Assembly: GCA_023247195.1 (NCBI GenBank)
Contig: JAHFGY010000007.1
Location: 1-39,119 of the forward strand
Length of the DNA: 39,119 nucleotides
Reading direction: 5' to 3'
Origin: Candidatus Omnitrophota bacterium
Lineage (GTDB): Bacteria; Omnitrophota; Gorgyraeia; Aquiviventales; Aquiviventaceae
Shown: positions 17,825 to 26,694 of the stretch, in pieces
Numbering within the stretch: the first letter of the stretch is position 1
Layout of the letters: each line of letters opens with the position of its first letter
Notes under the pieces: generated by a model
Database searches by the model: none
Seen by the model: only the letters and a program-made list of their open reading frames with translations
Told to the model about the DNA's origin: nothing
Program-made: the position numbers and the translations under genes

Positions 17825-18199
17825 ATGTCCAAGCGAAAGATTCTCATCGTTGACGATGAAGTCGGATTCACTCGGCTGCTCAAGCTTAATCTCGAAAGCA
17901 CAGGCCAGTTCGAAGTGCGCATCGAGAACAGCGGCTCAAAGGGCTATTCCGTGGCCAAAGAATTCCAGCCCGACTTGATTTTTCTGGATGTGATCATGCC
18001 TGACCGAGACGGCGGGGAAGTAGCCGCCGAGCTCTCTTCGGATCCTAAGATGCAGCGAACGCCCATTATCTTTCTAACGGCTGTCGTATCCAAGGAAGAA
18101 GCCGATGCCCGCAACGGCATCATCGGCAGCTACCCGTTCCTCGCAAAACCCGTCAGCGTTGAAACCGTTCGCGAGTGTATCCAAAAGTACCTGGCATAA
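17825..18199 (+). CDS. Single-domain response regulator (receiver)
   Basis: ILIVDDE, LDVIMP, FLTA, FLAKP; SD AAGGAG. Confidence 0.92.
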   Translation: MSKRKILIVDDEVGFTRLLKLNLESTGQFEVRIENSGSKGYSVAKEFQPDLIFLDVIMPDRDGGEVAAELSSDPKMQRTPIIFLTAVVSKEEADARNGIIGSYPFLAKPVSVETVRECIQKYLA

Positions 18200-18209
18200 G
18201 GACCCGCAG

Positions 18210-18575
18210 ATGCGCACAAAAACTATCCTGCTCGTCGATGATGAGGTCGATTTCAGCCGGCTGCTCAAGCTCAACATCGAAGACAGCAAAGAATACAAAG
18301 CCCTCACCGCGAACGACTGGCAAACCGCGCTTGCGCTCGTTGAGCAGCACCACCCGGATTTGGTTCTCCTGGACATGATGATGCCCGGGATGACCGGGAT
18401 CGAGCTTCTCGGCCGCATCAAGAAACTGGCTCCGGAAATTCCGGTTGCGATGATCACCGCTGTTTGGAACGAACAAGAAGCCAAGCGGGCCTTTGATGCC
18501 GGCGCCTATGAATACATCACGAAGCCTGTGGACTTCGAGTACCTGCGCACAGCGCTGCTGGTGAAGCTGCTTTAG
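18210..18575 (+). CDS. Single-domain response regulator (receiver)
   Basis: ILLVDDE, LDMMMPGMTG, MITA, YITKP; ATG 18210 with AAGGA upstream. Confidence 0.92.
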   Translation: MRTKTILLVDDEVDFSRLLKLNIEDSKEYKALTANDWQTALALVEQHHPDLVLLDMMMPGMTGIELLGRIKKLAPEIPVAMITAVWNEQEAKRAFDAGAYEYITKPVDFEYLRTALLVKLL

Positions 18576-18579
18576 CCGC

Positions 18580-20382
18580 ATGCCGGCTCTTTCCGACCAA
18601 ACGCTCCCCGCGCTCTTCTTTCGTCAGTCCGAAAACTTTTCCGACAAACCGCTCTTTTATGTCAAAGAACCGACGCTGGGAAGCTGGATAACCATCAGCT
18701 GGTCCCAAGCCCGGGAAACCATCCGTGATTTCGCCTCTTACCTTTTGGCCTCCGGGATCGCCGCCGGCGACCGTATCCTCATTCTTTCCGAAAACCGGCC
18801 GGAGTGGGGAATCACGGACTTGGCTGCGCAGTCGATCGGCGCATGGAGCGTCCCTCTATACCCGAGCCTGCGCGAGGAAGATATCCGGCGAATTGCCGAA
18901 GATTGCCAACCGGTCGCGTGCGTCGTCTCCTCCGCCGAGCAGTTGGCCAAGATCCTGCCTCTGAAACAAAGCGTTCCCAGTTTACGGCTCATCGTGCACA
19001 CGGAAAAACTTGCCGGTTCCGGCACCGTGTCCTGGCAGGATGCCGTGGCCCAAGGGAGGCAGGGCAAGCACCAGCAGGAATCCCAGTTAAAGGCAAGATT
19101 GAATCAAGTGAAGCAGGACTCCATCGCCACGCTTATCTATACTTCCGGGACGACCGGCGAGCCGAAGGGGGTCATGCTTTCGCACGGCAATTTTTTGTCG
19201 AACGTGTACGCGTGCCTTTCAGTCATCCCCATCACGTCCGTTGACCGCCACTTATCGTTTCTGCCGCTTTCCCACGTCTTTGAACGCATGGCCGGCTGGT
19301 ACCTGATGCTGGCGGCCGGCGCTTCCATTGCCTTTGCCCAGAACATAGACACGGTGCCCGACGACATGCGCGCGATCTCGCCCACGGTCATGCTCGGCGT
19401 GCCGCGGTTTTTCGAAAAGCTTTACAGGCGTATCCAGGAAAGCTTCCAGACTTTGACAGGCCTGCGGCGCAAACTCATGCTCTGGTCGCTGGATGTGGCC
19501 CGGCGCCGCTCCGAGCGCATCTGCCGCGGAGAACCGGTACCGGCCGTGCTGCAAACCCAGTACGCTCTTGCCAGGCGGCTGGTGTTCGAGAAGCTCCACA
19601 AGCGTCTCGGCGGCAGGCTGCGCTTTTTTGTCTCCGGCAGCGCCCCATTGTCCAAAGAAATCGGCGAGTTCTTTCACGGCATCGGCGTCACGATAATCGA
19701 AGGCTATGGGTTGACCGAAACCTCGCCGGTAATAGCGGTCAACCGCTTGAGCCAGCCCGTGTTCGGCACCGTGGGACCTTTGATTCCCGGCGTCGAGGTT
19801 TCGATCGCGGCCGATGGGGAAATCCTCACGCGCGGGCCGCACATTATGCAAGGCTACTACGGCAAACCCCAACTGACCGAAGAGGCGATTCAAGACGGGT
19901 GGTTCCATACCGGCGACATCGGGCATGTCGACTCTTCGGGGCGGCTCCACATCACGGACCGAAAGAAGGACTTGATCAAGACCGCGGGCGGCAAGTTCGT
20001 GCCGCCGCAGAAATTGGAAGGATTGTTTTCCTCGGATTCGCGCATCAGCCAAGTGATTGTTTACGGCGACCGCAAACCATTCTGCGTGGCTTTGGTCGTT
20101 CCGAACCGGCAGGCGGCGGAGGTTTTTGCGGCGCAGCAGGGGCTTTCCGGGCTTCCTTATGCTCAACTCCTGGCCAATCCCAAAGTCCACGCGTACTTTT
20201 GGTCGATCATCGAAGCTAAGCAGCGTGACCTTCCCAGCTTTGAGCAAGTGAAGAAGATTGCGCTGCTTGATCAGGAATTCAGCCTCGCGTCAGGGGAGCT
20301 TACGCCCACCCTCAAGGCAAAACGGCAAGCCATCGCCTCGAAGTACGACGCCCTGCTTCAATCGCTTTATCCTCCGTCATGA
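18580..20382 (+). CDS. fadD: Long-chain fatty acid-CoA ligase
   Basis: YTSGTTGEPKG, LPLSHVFER, EGYGLTE, GWFHTGDIG, DRKKDLI, ELTPTLK. Confidence 0.94.
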   Translation: MPALSDQTLPALFFRQSENFSDKPLFYVKEPTLGSWITISWSQARETIRDFASYLLASGIAAGDRILILSENRPEWGITDLAAQSIGAWSVPLYPSLREEDIRRIAEDCQPVACVVSSAEQLAKILPLKQSVPSLRLIVHTEKLAGSGTVSWQDAVAQGRQGKHQQESQLKARLNQVKQDSIATLIYTSGTTGEPKGVMLSHGNFLSNVYACLSVIPITSVDRHLSFLPLSHVFERMAGWYLMLAAGASIAFAQNIDTVPDDMRAISPTVMLGVPRFFEKLYRRIQESFQTLTGLRRKLMLWSLDVARRRSERICRGEPVPAVLQTQYALARRLVFEKLHKRLGGRLRFFVSGSAPLSKEIGEFFHGIGVTIIEGYGLTETSPVIAVNRLSQPVFGTVGPLIPGVEVSIAADGEILTRGPHIMQGYYGKPQLTEEAIQDGWFHTGDIGHVDSSGRLHITDRKKDLIKTAGGKFVPPQKLEGLFSSDSRISQVIVYGDRKPFCVALVVPNRQAAEVFAAQQGLSGLPYAQLLANPKVHAYFWSIIEAKQRDLPSFEQVKKIALLDQEFSLASGELTPTLKAKRQAIASKYDALLQSLYPPS

Positions 20383-21656
20383 AGCCGGCCGTTTGGATCG
20401 TCTTCTGCGCCGCTCTTATGCCGGTTGTTGCGCCCGCAGCCGAGGACGGAAGCAAAGCCGCGATCGAGAGAGATTCACGCGACTGGCCCGTGATCATTTC
20501 CACGCTTAAAGAGTCGCTCTGGCGTTCGCCCAATGATGGTTCGGTCAAGACTCAGCTTTCGATCGCCCATAACAACTACGGCGTCAAGCTCGGCGATCAA
20601 GGGAAGTGGCAGCTCGCGATCGACGAACTCGAAGAAGCCGTGAAGTTGGATCCTCAAACAACCGACTTCCGCAAGAATCTCAGCCGAATGTACCTGCAGC
20701 AAGCGGCATCGCTGCGGACTGAAGCCGCCAATCGCAGCACTTCCCGACAACAGGACGTCAAGGTTGCCGGTCTTGTCCGCAAAGCGCTCACCTATGACCC
20801 GACTGCGGCCGAGGCCTATGCCATGCTTGGAGAAATCGAATATGAAAACCAACGGCTTAAGGAAGCCAAGCAAGCGTGGGAAAAAGCCAGCAAGCTGAAT
20901 CCCAATCTGCCGGGCTTGCGCGAAGCCATGCAAAAACTCAGCGAGGAGCTGCCGGTTGAAGGCGACTTTGACCGGCTCACGCATTTGTATTTCGACATCC
21001 GCTACGAGGAATCGCAAGTTAATCGCAGTGTGGGCTTCGACGTGCAAGAAACGCTTCTGCAAGCGCGCCGGGACGTGGGCAATGCTTTCCGCTATTGGCC
21101 GAGCAACAAGATGATCGTGCTGGTATACAGCGCCCAAACCTTCCATGCAATGCGCCAAAATACCCCTGAATGGGTGGGCGGCCAATATGACGGCAAGATC
21201 CGCCTGCCGCTTCCCGGCGGCGAATTGGATGCCTCAGTCGTGCGGCAGATTCTCTACCATGAGTACACGCATGCTTTGGTGCGCGACCTCGCAGCCGGCA
21301 AATGCCCTGTTTGGCTCAATGAAGGGCTGGCCGAATACCAAGGAGCCAGGGCAGGGAGGCGCTATACCGAGCTTCTCGCCGATGCCTTGAAAAAAAATCA
21401 GCTTTTTCCATGGAAAGAGCTTGACGCTCACTTCTCGCCGTCATTGTCAGCCGCGGAAGTGGGCCTGGCCTACCAAGAAGCGCACAGCATTGTGGCGTAT
21501 TTATCCGATCGCTATGGATTTTGGCGGCTTCGCAAGGTCCTGGCAAACGTGGGCGGCGGGATGCCGGTTGACCAGGCCTTGAGCAAGGAATTCCACACGC
21601 CCCTTGAACGCTTGGAACGAAACTGGCGCGACTGGCTGCCCGGATTTGCGCGGTGA
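20379..21656 (+). CDS. Exported TPR-repeat protein with C-terminal peptidase MA-like (gluzincin) domain
   Basis: Signal-peptide-like N-terminus, TPR-like helices, HEYTH followed by WLNEGLAEY. Confidence 0.82.
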   Translation: MKPAVWIVFCAALMPVVAPAAEDGSKAAIERDSRDWPVIISTLKESLWRSPNDGSVKTQLSIAHNNYGVKLGDQGKWQLAIDELEEAVKLDPQTTDFRKNLSRMYLQQAASLRTEAANRSTSRQQDVKVAGLVRKALTYDPTAAEAYAMLGEIEYENQRLKEAKQAWEKASKLNPNLPGLREAMQKLSEELPVEGDFDRLTHLYFDIRYEESQVNRSVGFDVQETLLQARRDVGNAFRYWPSNKMIVLVYSAQTFHAMRQNTPEWVGGQYDGKIRLPLPGGELDASVVRQILYHEYTHALVRDLAAGKCPVWLNEGLAEYQGARAGRRYTELLADALKKNQLFPWKELDAHFSPSLSAAEVGLAYQEAHSIVAYLSDRYGFWRLRKVLANVGGGMPVDQALSKEFHTPLERLERNWRDWLPGFAR

Positions 21657-21663
21657 GCCTGCG

Positions 21664-22563
21664 ATGACAACTCCGGCGAAATCTTTCCGATCAGGATTTG
21701 TAGGCATTGTCGGCCGGCCGAATGTCGGCAAATCGACGCTGGTCAATCAACTCGTCGGCCAGAAAGTAGCCATCACATCGCCCCATCCGCAGACAACGCG
21801 GAGCCGCATCCTCGGGGTCCTGACGCGCGACGATGCGCAGATCGCCTTTCTCGACAGCCCCGGGTGGCATAAACCCGAGCATGCGCTCGGCCGGTCCATG
21901 ACCGAGGCGGCCAAAGCCGTGTTGGAAGAAGCGGATGTGCTTATCGTGGTGATCGACGGCCGCGCGGGGCTGACCAAAGAGGACGAGAGACTCTTTAGCC
22001 GCCTGAAAGAAATCAGCAAGCCGGTTATCTTGGCGATCAACAAAACCGACATCGCTAAAAAGCCGCTGCTGCTTCCGCTCCTTCAGCGGTGCGAGGCCAC
22101 GAAGCTGTTCAGCGAACTGATACCGATTTCCGCTCTCACGGGCGACCAGACCTCGGTCCTGCTCAAGAGAATCCTTGAGCTATTGCCCGAAGGGCCGCAA
22201 TGGTATCCGCCGGAGCAACGCACGGATCAAACATCGGAACAGCTCACCACGGAGCTCATCCGCGAACAGGTGCTGCGTGCGACTCACCAAGAGGTCCCGC
22301 ACGCCGTAGCCGTTGTCTTGACACAAATGCAGGAAGGTCCAAAAGTATTGGAAATCGAAGCCACGCTTGTCGTTGAGCGCAACGGCCAGAAAGCCATCCT
22401 GATCGGGAAGGGCGGCGCGATGCTCAAGCGCATCGGCGAAAAAGCCCGCAAGGAAATCGAAGCGCTGCTCGGCAGGCACATTTACCTGGGACTGTGGGTG
22501 AAAGTCGAGCCTGACTGGCGGACAAACGCCGCCCGGCTGCGCGAATATGGTTTCAACGCATGA
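21664..22563 (+). CDS. era: GTPase Era
   Basis: GRPNVGKST, QTTR, DSPG, NKTD, EVPH, KH domain IGKGG. Confidence 0.96.
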   Translation: MTTPAKSFRSGFVGIVGRPNVGKSTLVNQLVGQKVAITSPHPQTTRSRILGVLTRDDAQIAFLDSPGWHKPEHALGRSMTEAAKAVLEEADVLIVVIDGRAGLTKEDERLFSRLKEISKPVILAINKTDIAKKPLLLPLLQRCEATKLFSELIPISALTGDQTSVLLKRILELLPEGPQWYPPEQRTDQTSEQLTTELIREQVLRATHQEVPHAVAVVLTQMQEGPKVLEIEATLVVERNGQKAILIGKGGAMLKRIGEKARKEIEALLGRHIYLGLWVKVEPDWRTNAARLREYGFNA

Positions 22564-23108
22564 AAGTCCCTTTTCAGCTCCTCGGACGCAAGGTAATTTA
22601 TGAAGGACGCGTGATTCGGCTCGTGCGTGAAGAGCTGGTGGCCCGCGGCGTGCGTCTTATCCGCGAAACTGTCGAGCATCCCGGCGCGGTGGTGATCGTG
22701 CCGATCTTGCCCGACGGGCGGGTGCTGTTTGTCCGCCAGTACCGTAGGGCCATCAAAGAATACTTGTTGGAGCTTCCCGCCGGCACCCGCGACCGCGCCG
22801 AATCGCCGATGGCATGCGCCAAGCGCGAGCTCGTTGAGGAAACAGGCTGGCAGGCGCGCAAAATGAGCCTCTTAGGCTCGTTCTACAGCGCACCGGGATT
22901 CACCTCTGAGCGCATGATCCTGTACCTTGCCCAAGACCTGAAACCCACTCAGGCCAATCCTGAGCCGGATGAATTCGTGACGCCCGTAAAAATGAAGCTC
23001 GAGGATGCGATAAAGAAAGCGCTCAACGGCGAGATCGAAGATGGCAAGACGATTATCGGCCTCTTGCGAGCCCGCGAGCAATTGTGTAGACTAACTCGTC
23101 GACGGTAA
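22560..23108 (+). CDS. nudF: Nudix hydrolase, ADP-ribose pyrophosphatase-like
   Basis: HPGAV, RQYR, ELPAG...AKRELVEETG Nudix box, DGKT. Confidence 0.88.
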   Translation: MKVPFQLLGRKVIYEGRVIRLVREELVARGVRLIRETVEHPGAVVIVPILPDGRVLFVRQYRRAIKEYLLELPAGTRDRAESPMACAKRELVEETGWQARKMSLLGSFYSAPGFTSERMILYLAQDLKPTQANPEPDEFVTPVKMKLEDAIKKALNGEIEDGKTIIGLLRAREQLCRLTRRR

Positions 23109-23110
23109 CC

Positions 23111-23551
23111 ATGCCAACGCTCCAAGAACGCATTGAATCCGACTATAAGGAAGCGCTCCGCGCCGGCCAACGGCTGCGGGTGGATACGCTGCGCCTGATC
23201 AAAGCGGCGGTCCAACGCATCGCCATGGACAAGCGCAAAGACAATCTGGATGATTCCGAGATCCAGCAAGTCCTCTCGCACCAGGCCAAGCAGCGCCGCG
23301 AAACAATCGAGTCCGTCAAAGATTCCGGCCGCCAGGATATTATCGATCAGTCCACGCAAGAGCTGGCGCTCATCGAAGCCTATTTGCCGAAGCAATTACC
23401 GGACGATGCCTTGATTCGTTTTATCGACGAGGCTATTCAGTCCGTTGGAAAAAACCAAGGTCAGATCATGAAGTTTGTGATGGGCAAGGCGGCCGGCGCC
23501 GCTGACGGCAAGCGCGTCAGCCAGCTGGTCGCGACCCGGCTGAAAGCGTGA
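23111..23551 (+). CDS. GatB/YqeY domain protein
   Basis: LRLIKAA, KQRRETIE, YLPKQL, GQIMK, ADGKRV. Confidence 0.9.
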   Translation: MPTLQERIESDYKEALRAGQRLRVDTLRLIKAAVQRIAMDKRKDNLDDSEIQQVLSHQAKQRRETIESVKDSGRQDIIDQSTQELALIEAYLPKQLPDDALIRFIDEAIQSVGKNQGQIMKFVMGKAAGAADGKRVSQLVATRLKA

Positions 23552-23555
23552 CGAG

Positions 23556-23843
23556 ATGGCTGTGACAACGGCTCAGCCGCGTAAAGGACGCCCGAAAGCG
23601 ATCATCAATCCGGACAGCTGCACCGGGTGCGAAGTATGCGTCGCGGTGTGTCCGGTCGATTGCATCAGCAAGCAGCCCGGGCCTGAATACCCGGGCTTGA
23701 ACCCGACCTGCATCATTGATCAGCCGAAATGTATCGGCTGCTGGCTGTGCGAAAAAATCTGCCCCTGGGAGGCGATCACCATGGTACCTGCTCAAGACAC
23801 ACCGCCTGTAACGGCTCCTGCGCAACCGGCCAAACCGGCATGA
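23556..23843 (+). CDS. 2x[4Fe-4S] ferredoxin
   Basis: CTGCEVCVAVCP and CIGCWLCEKICP. Confidence 0.9.
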   Translation: MAVTTAQPRKGRPKAIINPDSCTGCEVCVAVCPVDCISKQPGPEYPGLNPTCIIDQPKCIGCWLCEKICPWEAITMVPAQDTPPVTAPAQPAKPA

Positions 23844-24277
23844 CCGTTCCCTCTCCGGATCCGGTAGGGAAGAGCGAGCCCCCCGTAAAAGCACCGTCTC
23901 CCGCGGCTGAAGTCCCGGCCGCGGCATCCGCCTCCGTCGGACCAACTACCGAAATCACCTTGCAGGATTTTCAGCGAATTCAGCTTCGCGTAGGCGTGAT
24001 CCGCGCCGCTGAAATTCATCCGCAAGCCGACCGCTTGTTGGTCCTACAGGTTGACCTGGGCGAGGCGCAACCGCGCCAGGTCGTGGCAGGTATTCGCGCC
24101 ACCTACCAACCCGCGGATCTGATCGGCAAGCAAGTCGTCGTGGTCGCGAATCTGAAGCCAGCGCTTTTGCGCGGCGTAGAAAGCAAAGGCATGGTCTTGG
24201 CCGGTTCCGATGCCGCCGCAGGCATCGTCATCCTGAGCCCTGAACGCGCTCTATCTCCGGGCAGCCCGGTCAAATAG
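23840..24277 (+). CDS. Stand-alone tRNA-binding OB-fold protein (MetRS C-terminal/Trbp111/CsaA-like)
   Basis: ITLQDF..LRVG, HPQADRLL, RQVVAGI, NLKPA.LRGVESKGM; ATGA overlap with the ferredoxin stop. Confidence 0.88.
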   Translation: MTVPSPDPVGKSEPPVKAPSPAAEVPAAASASVGPTTEITLQDFQRIQLRVGVIRAAEIHPQADRLLVLQVDLGEAQPRQVVAGIRATYQPADLIGKQVVVVANLKPALLRGVESKGMVLAGSDAAAGIVILSPERALSPGSPVK

Positions 24278-24284
24278 CGCGGCT

Positions 24285-25139
24285 GTGGTTGTTGAAGCCT
24301 GTTTTTTAGCTGCCTTCTGGATCTGGACGGTCAGCGCCGCCGTCTTCCTTTCAAACACAATCCCTCCTCGAGAAAAATACGCGCCCATTGCCGGCGCTGA
24401 ACCGGTCGGCTTCGCGTCCACGGACGGCATACCGCTCCATGGCTGGATCCTTCGAGGCCGCGCGGACGCGCCCTGGATCGTGTTCTGCCACTCCTGGAGG
24501 CATTCCATCGCCGAAACCGCGCCCATTGCCAAGGAGCTGAACCGAGCGGGCTTCAACGCATTGCTCATGGACGCGCGAGCCCATGGGAGAAGCGGCGGGC
24601 AAAGCACATCCTTCGGATTCCGCGAGATCAATGACGTGTTCGGCGCACTGGTCTATCTTTCGCAGGTAGCGGATACGGCGCCTAAACCCATCGGCATTCT
24701 GGGAATTTCCATGGGAGCGACAACGGCTCTGCTAGCCGCGGCCTACGACGACCGCCTGGCCGCGGTGGTCGCAGATAGCCCCTGTGAAACGCTCGGCCAT
24801 CTTCTCACCGACTACGCACGTTCCGGAGCCGGGCCGTTTTCCGCGCCGTTGGCCGCATCACTCATCGCGACCTACCGGATGCGGTTCGGGAAATGGCCTG
24901 GGCAGATCTCGCCCAGGGTAGCCGCCGCGCGGCTCGCGCCCAGACCCTTGATGCTCATCGGAGGAAAACAAGACAAGAAAACACCGGCGCGGGGCGTTCA
25001 GGCAATCTTTGAATCAGCAGGAGAACCGAAGCAATTATGGTTGGTAGATGGAGAACACCGCGAGGCGTACCGAAAGAACCCAGAGGACTATATAAAGCGG
25101 GTAACGGTATTCTTCGAGCAATCGCTTAATTTAACATAA
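24285..25139 (+). CDS. Membrane-anchored alpha/beta hydrolase
   Basis: Hydrophobic N-terminus, DARAHGRSGG, GISMG nucleophile elbow, DSP, D and H near the C-terminus; GTG start uncertain. Confidence 0.85.
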   Translation: MVVEACFLAAFWIWTVSAAVFLSNTIPPREKYAPIAGAEPVGFASTDGIPLHGWILRGRADAPWIVFCHSWRHSIAETAPIAKELNRAGFNALLMDARAHGRSGGQSTSFGFREINDVFGALVYLSQVADTAPKPIGILGISMGATTALLAAAYDDRLAAVVADSPCETLGHLLTDYARSGAGPFSAPLAASLIATYRMRFGKWPGQISPRVAAARLAPRPLMLIGGKQDKKTPARGVQAIFESAGEPKQLWLVDGEHREAYRKNPEDYIKRVTVFFEQSLNLT

Positions 25140-25156
25140 GATATATTATAGGACAT
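25129..25156 (-). other. dif: dif site (XerC/XerD chromosome dimer resolution site)
   Basis: Minus strand ATGTCCTATAA-TATATC-TTATGTTAAAT: 11-6-11 layout, XerD arm identical to the E. coli arm TTATGTTAAAT; lies at the gene-orientation switch. Confidence 0.9.
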
Positions 25157-25459
25157 TTATACATCCACCAAAACCCAGTCCTCAGCCACGCTTACCGGGT
25201 ACTTTTGAAGCCGAAATGCTGACGGCGGTATGCTCTCTCCGGTCATGAGATCGAATTCCCACCCGTGTTGCCGGCATTTGATTTCATCTTTTCGCCGAAT
25301 CCCCTCGCTCAGCGGAACGCCGGCGTGCGGGCACCGATCATCGCATACAAAGACGTTTCCGCCGGCTCGGCCAACAAGCAACCGCCGGCCCTCGAGTTCC
25401 ACAGCCTTCATGCCGTGCTCCGGCACGTCACTTAGGCTGATCAGCCTTTTCAGCGCCAT
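25157..25459 (-). CDS. Rieske [2Fe-2S] ferredoxin
   Basis: CPHAGVPL and CRQHGWEFDLMTG. Confidence 0.9.
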   Translation of the reverse strand: MALKRLISLSDVPEHGMKAVELEGRRLLVGRAGGNVFVCDDRCPHAGVPLSEGIRRKDEIKCRQHGWEFDLMTGESIPPSAFRLQKYPVSVAEDWVLVDV

Positions 25460-25907
25460 CTAGCTCTTCCTCTAGTAAGATCGTCACAGGCCCGTCATTC
25501 ACCAGCGCCACCCGCATCTGAGCCTGAAAAACCCCTGTCTTCACAACCGGAATTTTCGCGCGCACTTCCGTTACAAAGGCTGCAAATAGCCCCTCGGCCT
25601 TGGCTGGCGCGGCCGCGGTGTGAAAACTGGGACGGTTGCCGCCTTCCATACTGGCGGTCAATGTAATTTGTGGTACCAGCAGCAGTTCACCGCCGATGTC
25701 GCTGATCGAGCGGTTCAAGCGGCCCTCCGCGTCATCAAATACGCGCAGCGCCGCTAGCCGCCGGGCCATCCGCTGCAGTCCGGTCCTGGACATGGTATCG
25801 GCCGCTCCGAACCCGACCAACGCCAATAGTCCTGGCCCAATGGCCGCCACACGGTCCGAGTCAATTGTGACCGATGCTTCAAGGACCCGCTGCACAACCA
25901 GCCGCAT
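25428..25907 (-). CDS. dtd: D-aminoacyl-tRNA deacylase
   Basis: MRLVVQRV, LRVF, PQITL (SQFTL variant), GNRPSF, NDGPVT; SD GAGGA. Confidence 0.93.
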   Translation of the reverse strand: MRLVVQRVLEASVTIDSDRVAAIGPGLLALVGFGAADTMSRTGLQRMARRLAALRVFDDAEGRLNRSISDIGGELLLVPQITLTASMEGGNRPSFHTAAAPAKAEGLFAAFVTEVRAKIPVVKTGVFQAQMRVALVNDGPVTILLEEELDGAEKADQPK

Positions 25908-26694
25908 AATCTTCCTCACGCGCTTTTTGAATGGATTCCTCGTCGAGGACAGCGCTCATCGGGCCCCAGGGCGTCGTTGCTTTGATCATCAAAGGCAGCC
26001 GCCGCCGGTCAGGCGTCAGGTATCCCCAGAGCCGGCCGCGTTTTACCAAGATGCCTTTGAACACGGCCTTTGGCTCAACCATGAATGACTGAAATGTGCC
26101 ACGGCCTCGCAATTCAAGATCGACCAGGTCACCGACCACGATTTTCGTGTTATAAATTTTCTCGTCGGTATACAAGTCGGCTATCTTCTCGGTGTTTGGA
26201 TCCAGCGGCTGGTTCCTAAACCAGTAAATAGCGGCCAGGAGGTCATAGATCGGCGGCGTGAACCGAACAGGCTTCTTCTCTCCGTTCAAGAGCGATTCAT
26301 ACTCGGCTTCGCCCTTCTCAGGATTGAAAATAACCCGTTCGTCCGATCGATACCGCCCTTCCCTTTGCTTTTTCTCGAATTGCAACGGCTGCAGCGTTTT
26401 TCTGTCGACATAACTGTGGATCTCATCCTGGATGGGATAAAACTTTGAAAGCACTTCGTTCGTGCGACCTTCGGCGACCAGGTGAACCGCTTCGCGATTT
26501 TGAATCGTGGCCAGTTCCTTGACGGTGATTATCCCTGAGCCTACATGGAGCCCGATCCATCGTCCCTGAAAACGAAGCTCTTCGCCGAGCTTCGGGTGAG
26601 GCTGGCACGCCGGCTGGCTGTCCTCCGCGCATGCGGCCCGGGAAAATACCGCCAGCAAAAGAACCAGTAAACCGGCGAACTTATTCCCACGCAT
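25879..26694 (-). CDS. Exported DUF3108-like protein
   Basis: Signal peptide, GEELRF..W.G..VG, YPIQD.IHSY, REGRY, D.LAAIY..R, TPDRRRLP pattern. Confidence 0.7.
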   Translation of the reverse strand: MRGNKFAGLLVLLLAVFSRAACAEDSQPACQPHPKLGEELRFQGRWIGLHVGSGIITVKELATIQNREAVHLVAEGRTNEVLSKFYPIQDEIHSYVDRKTLQPLQFEKKQREGRYRSDERVIFNPEKGEAEYESLLNGEKKPVRFTPPIYDLLAAIYWFRNQPLDPNTEKIADLYTDEKIYNTKIVVGDLVDLELRGRGTFQSFMVEPKAVFKGILVKRGRLWGYLTPDRRRLPLMIKATTPWGPMSAVLDEESIQKAREEDYAAGCAAGP

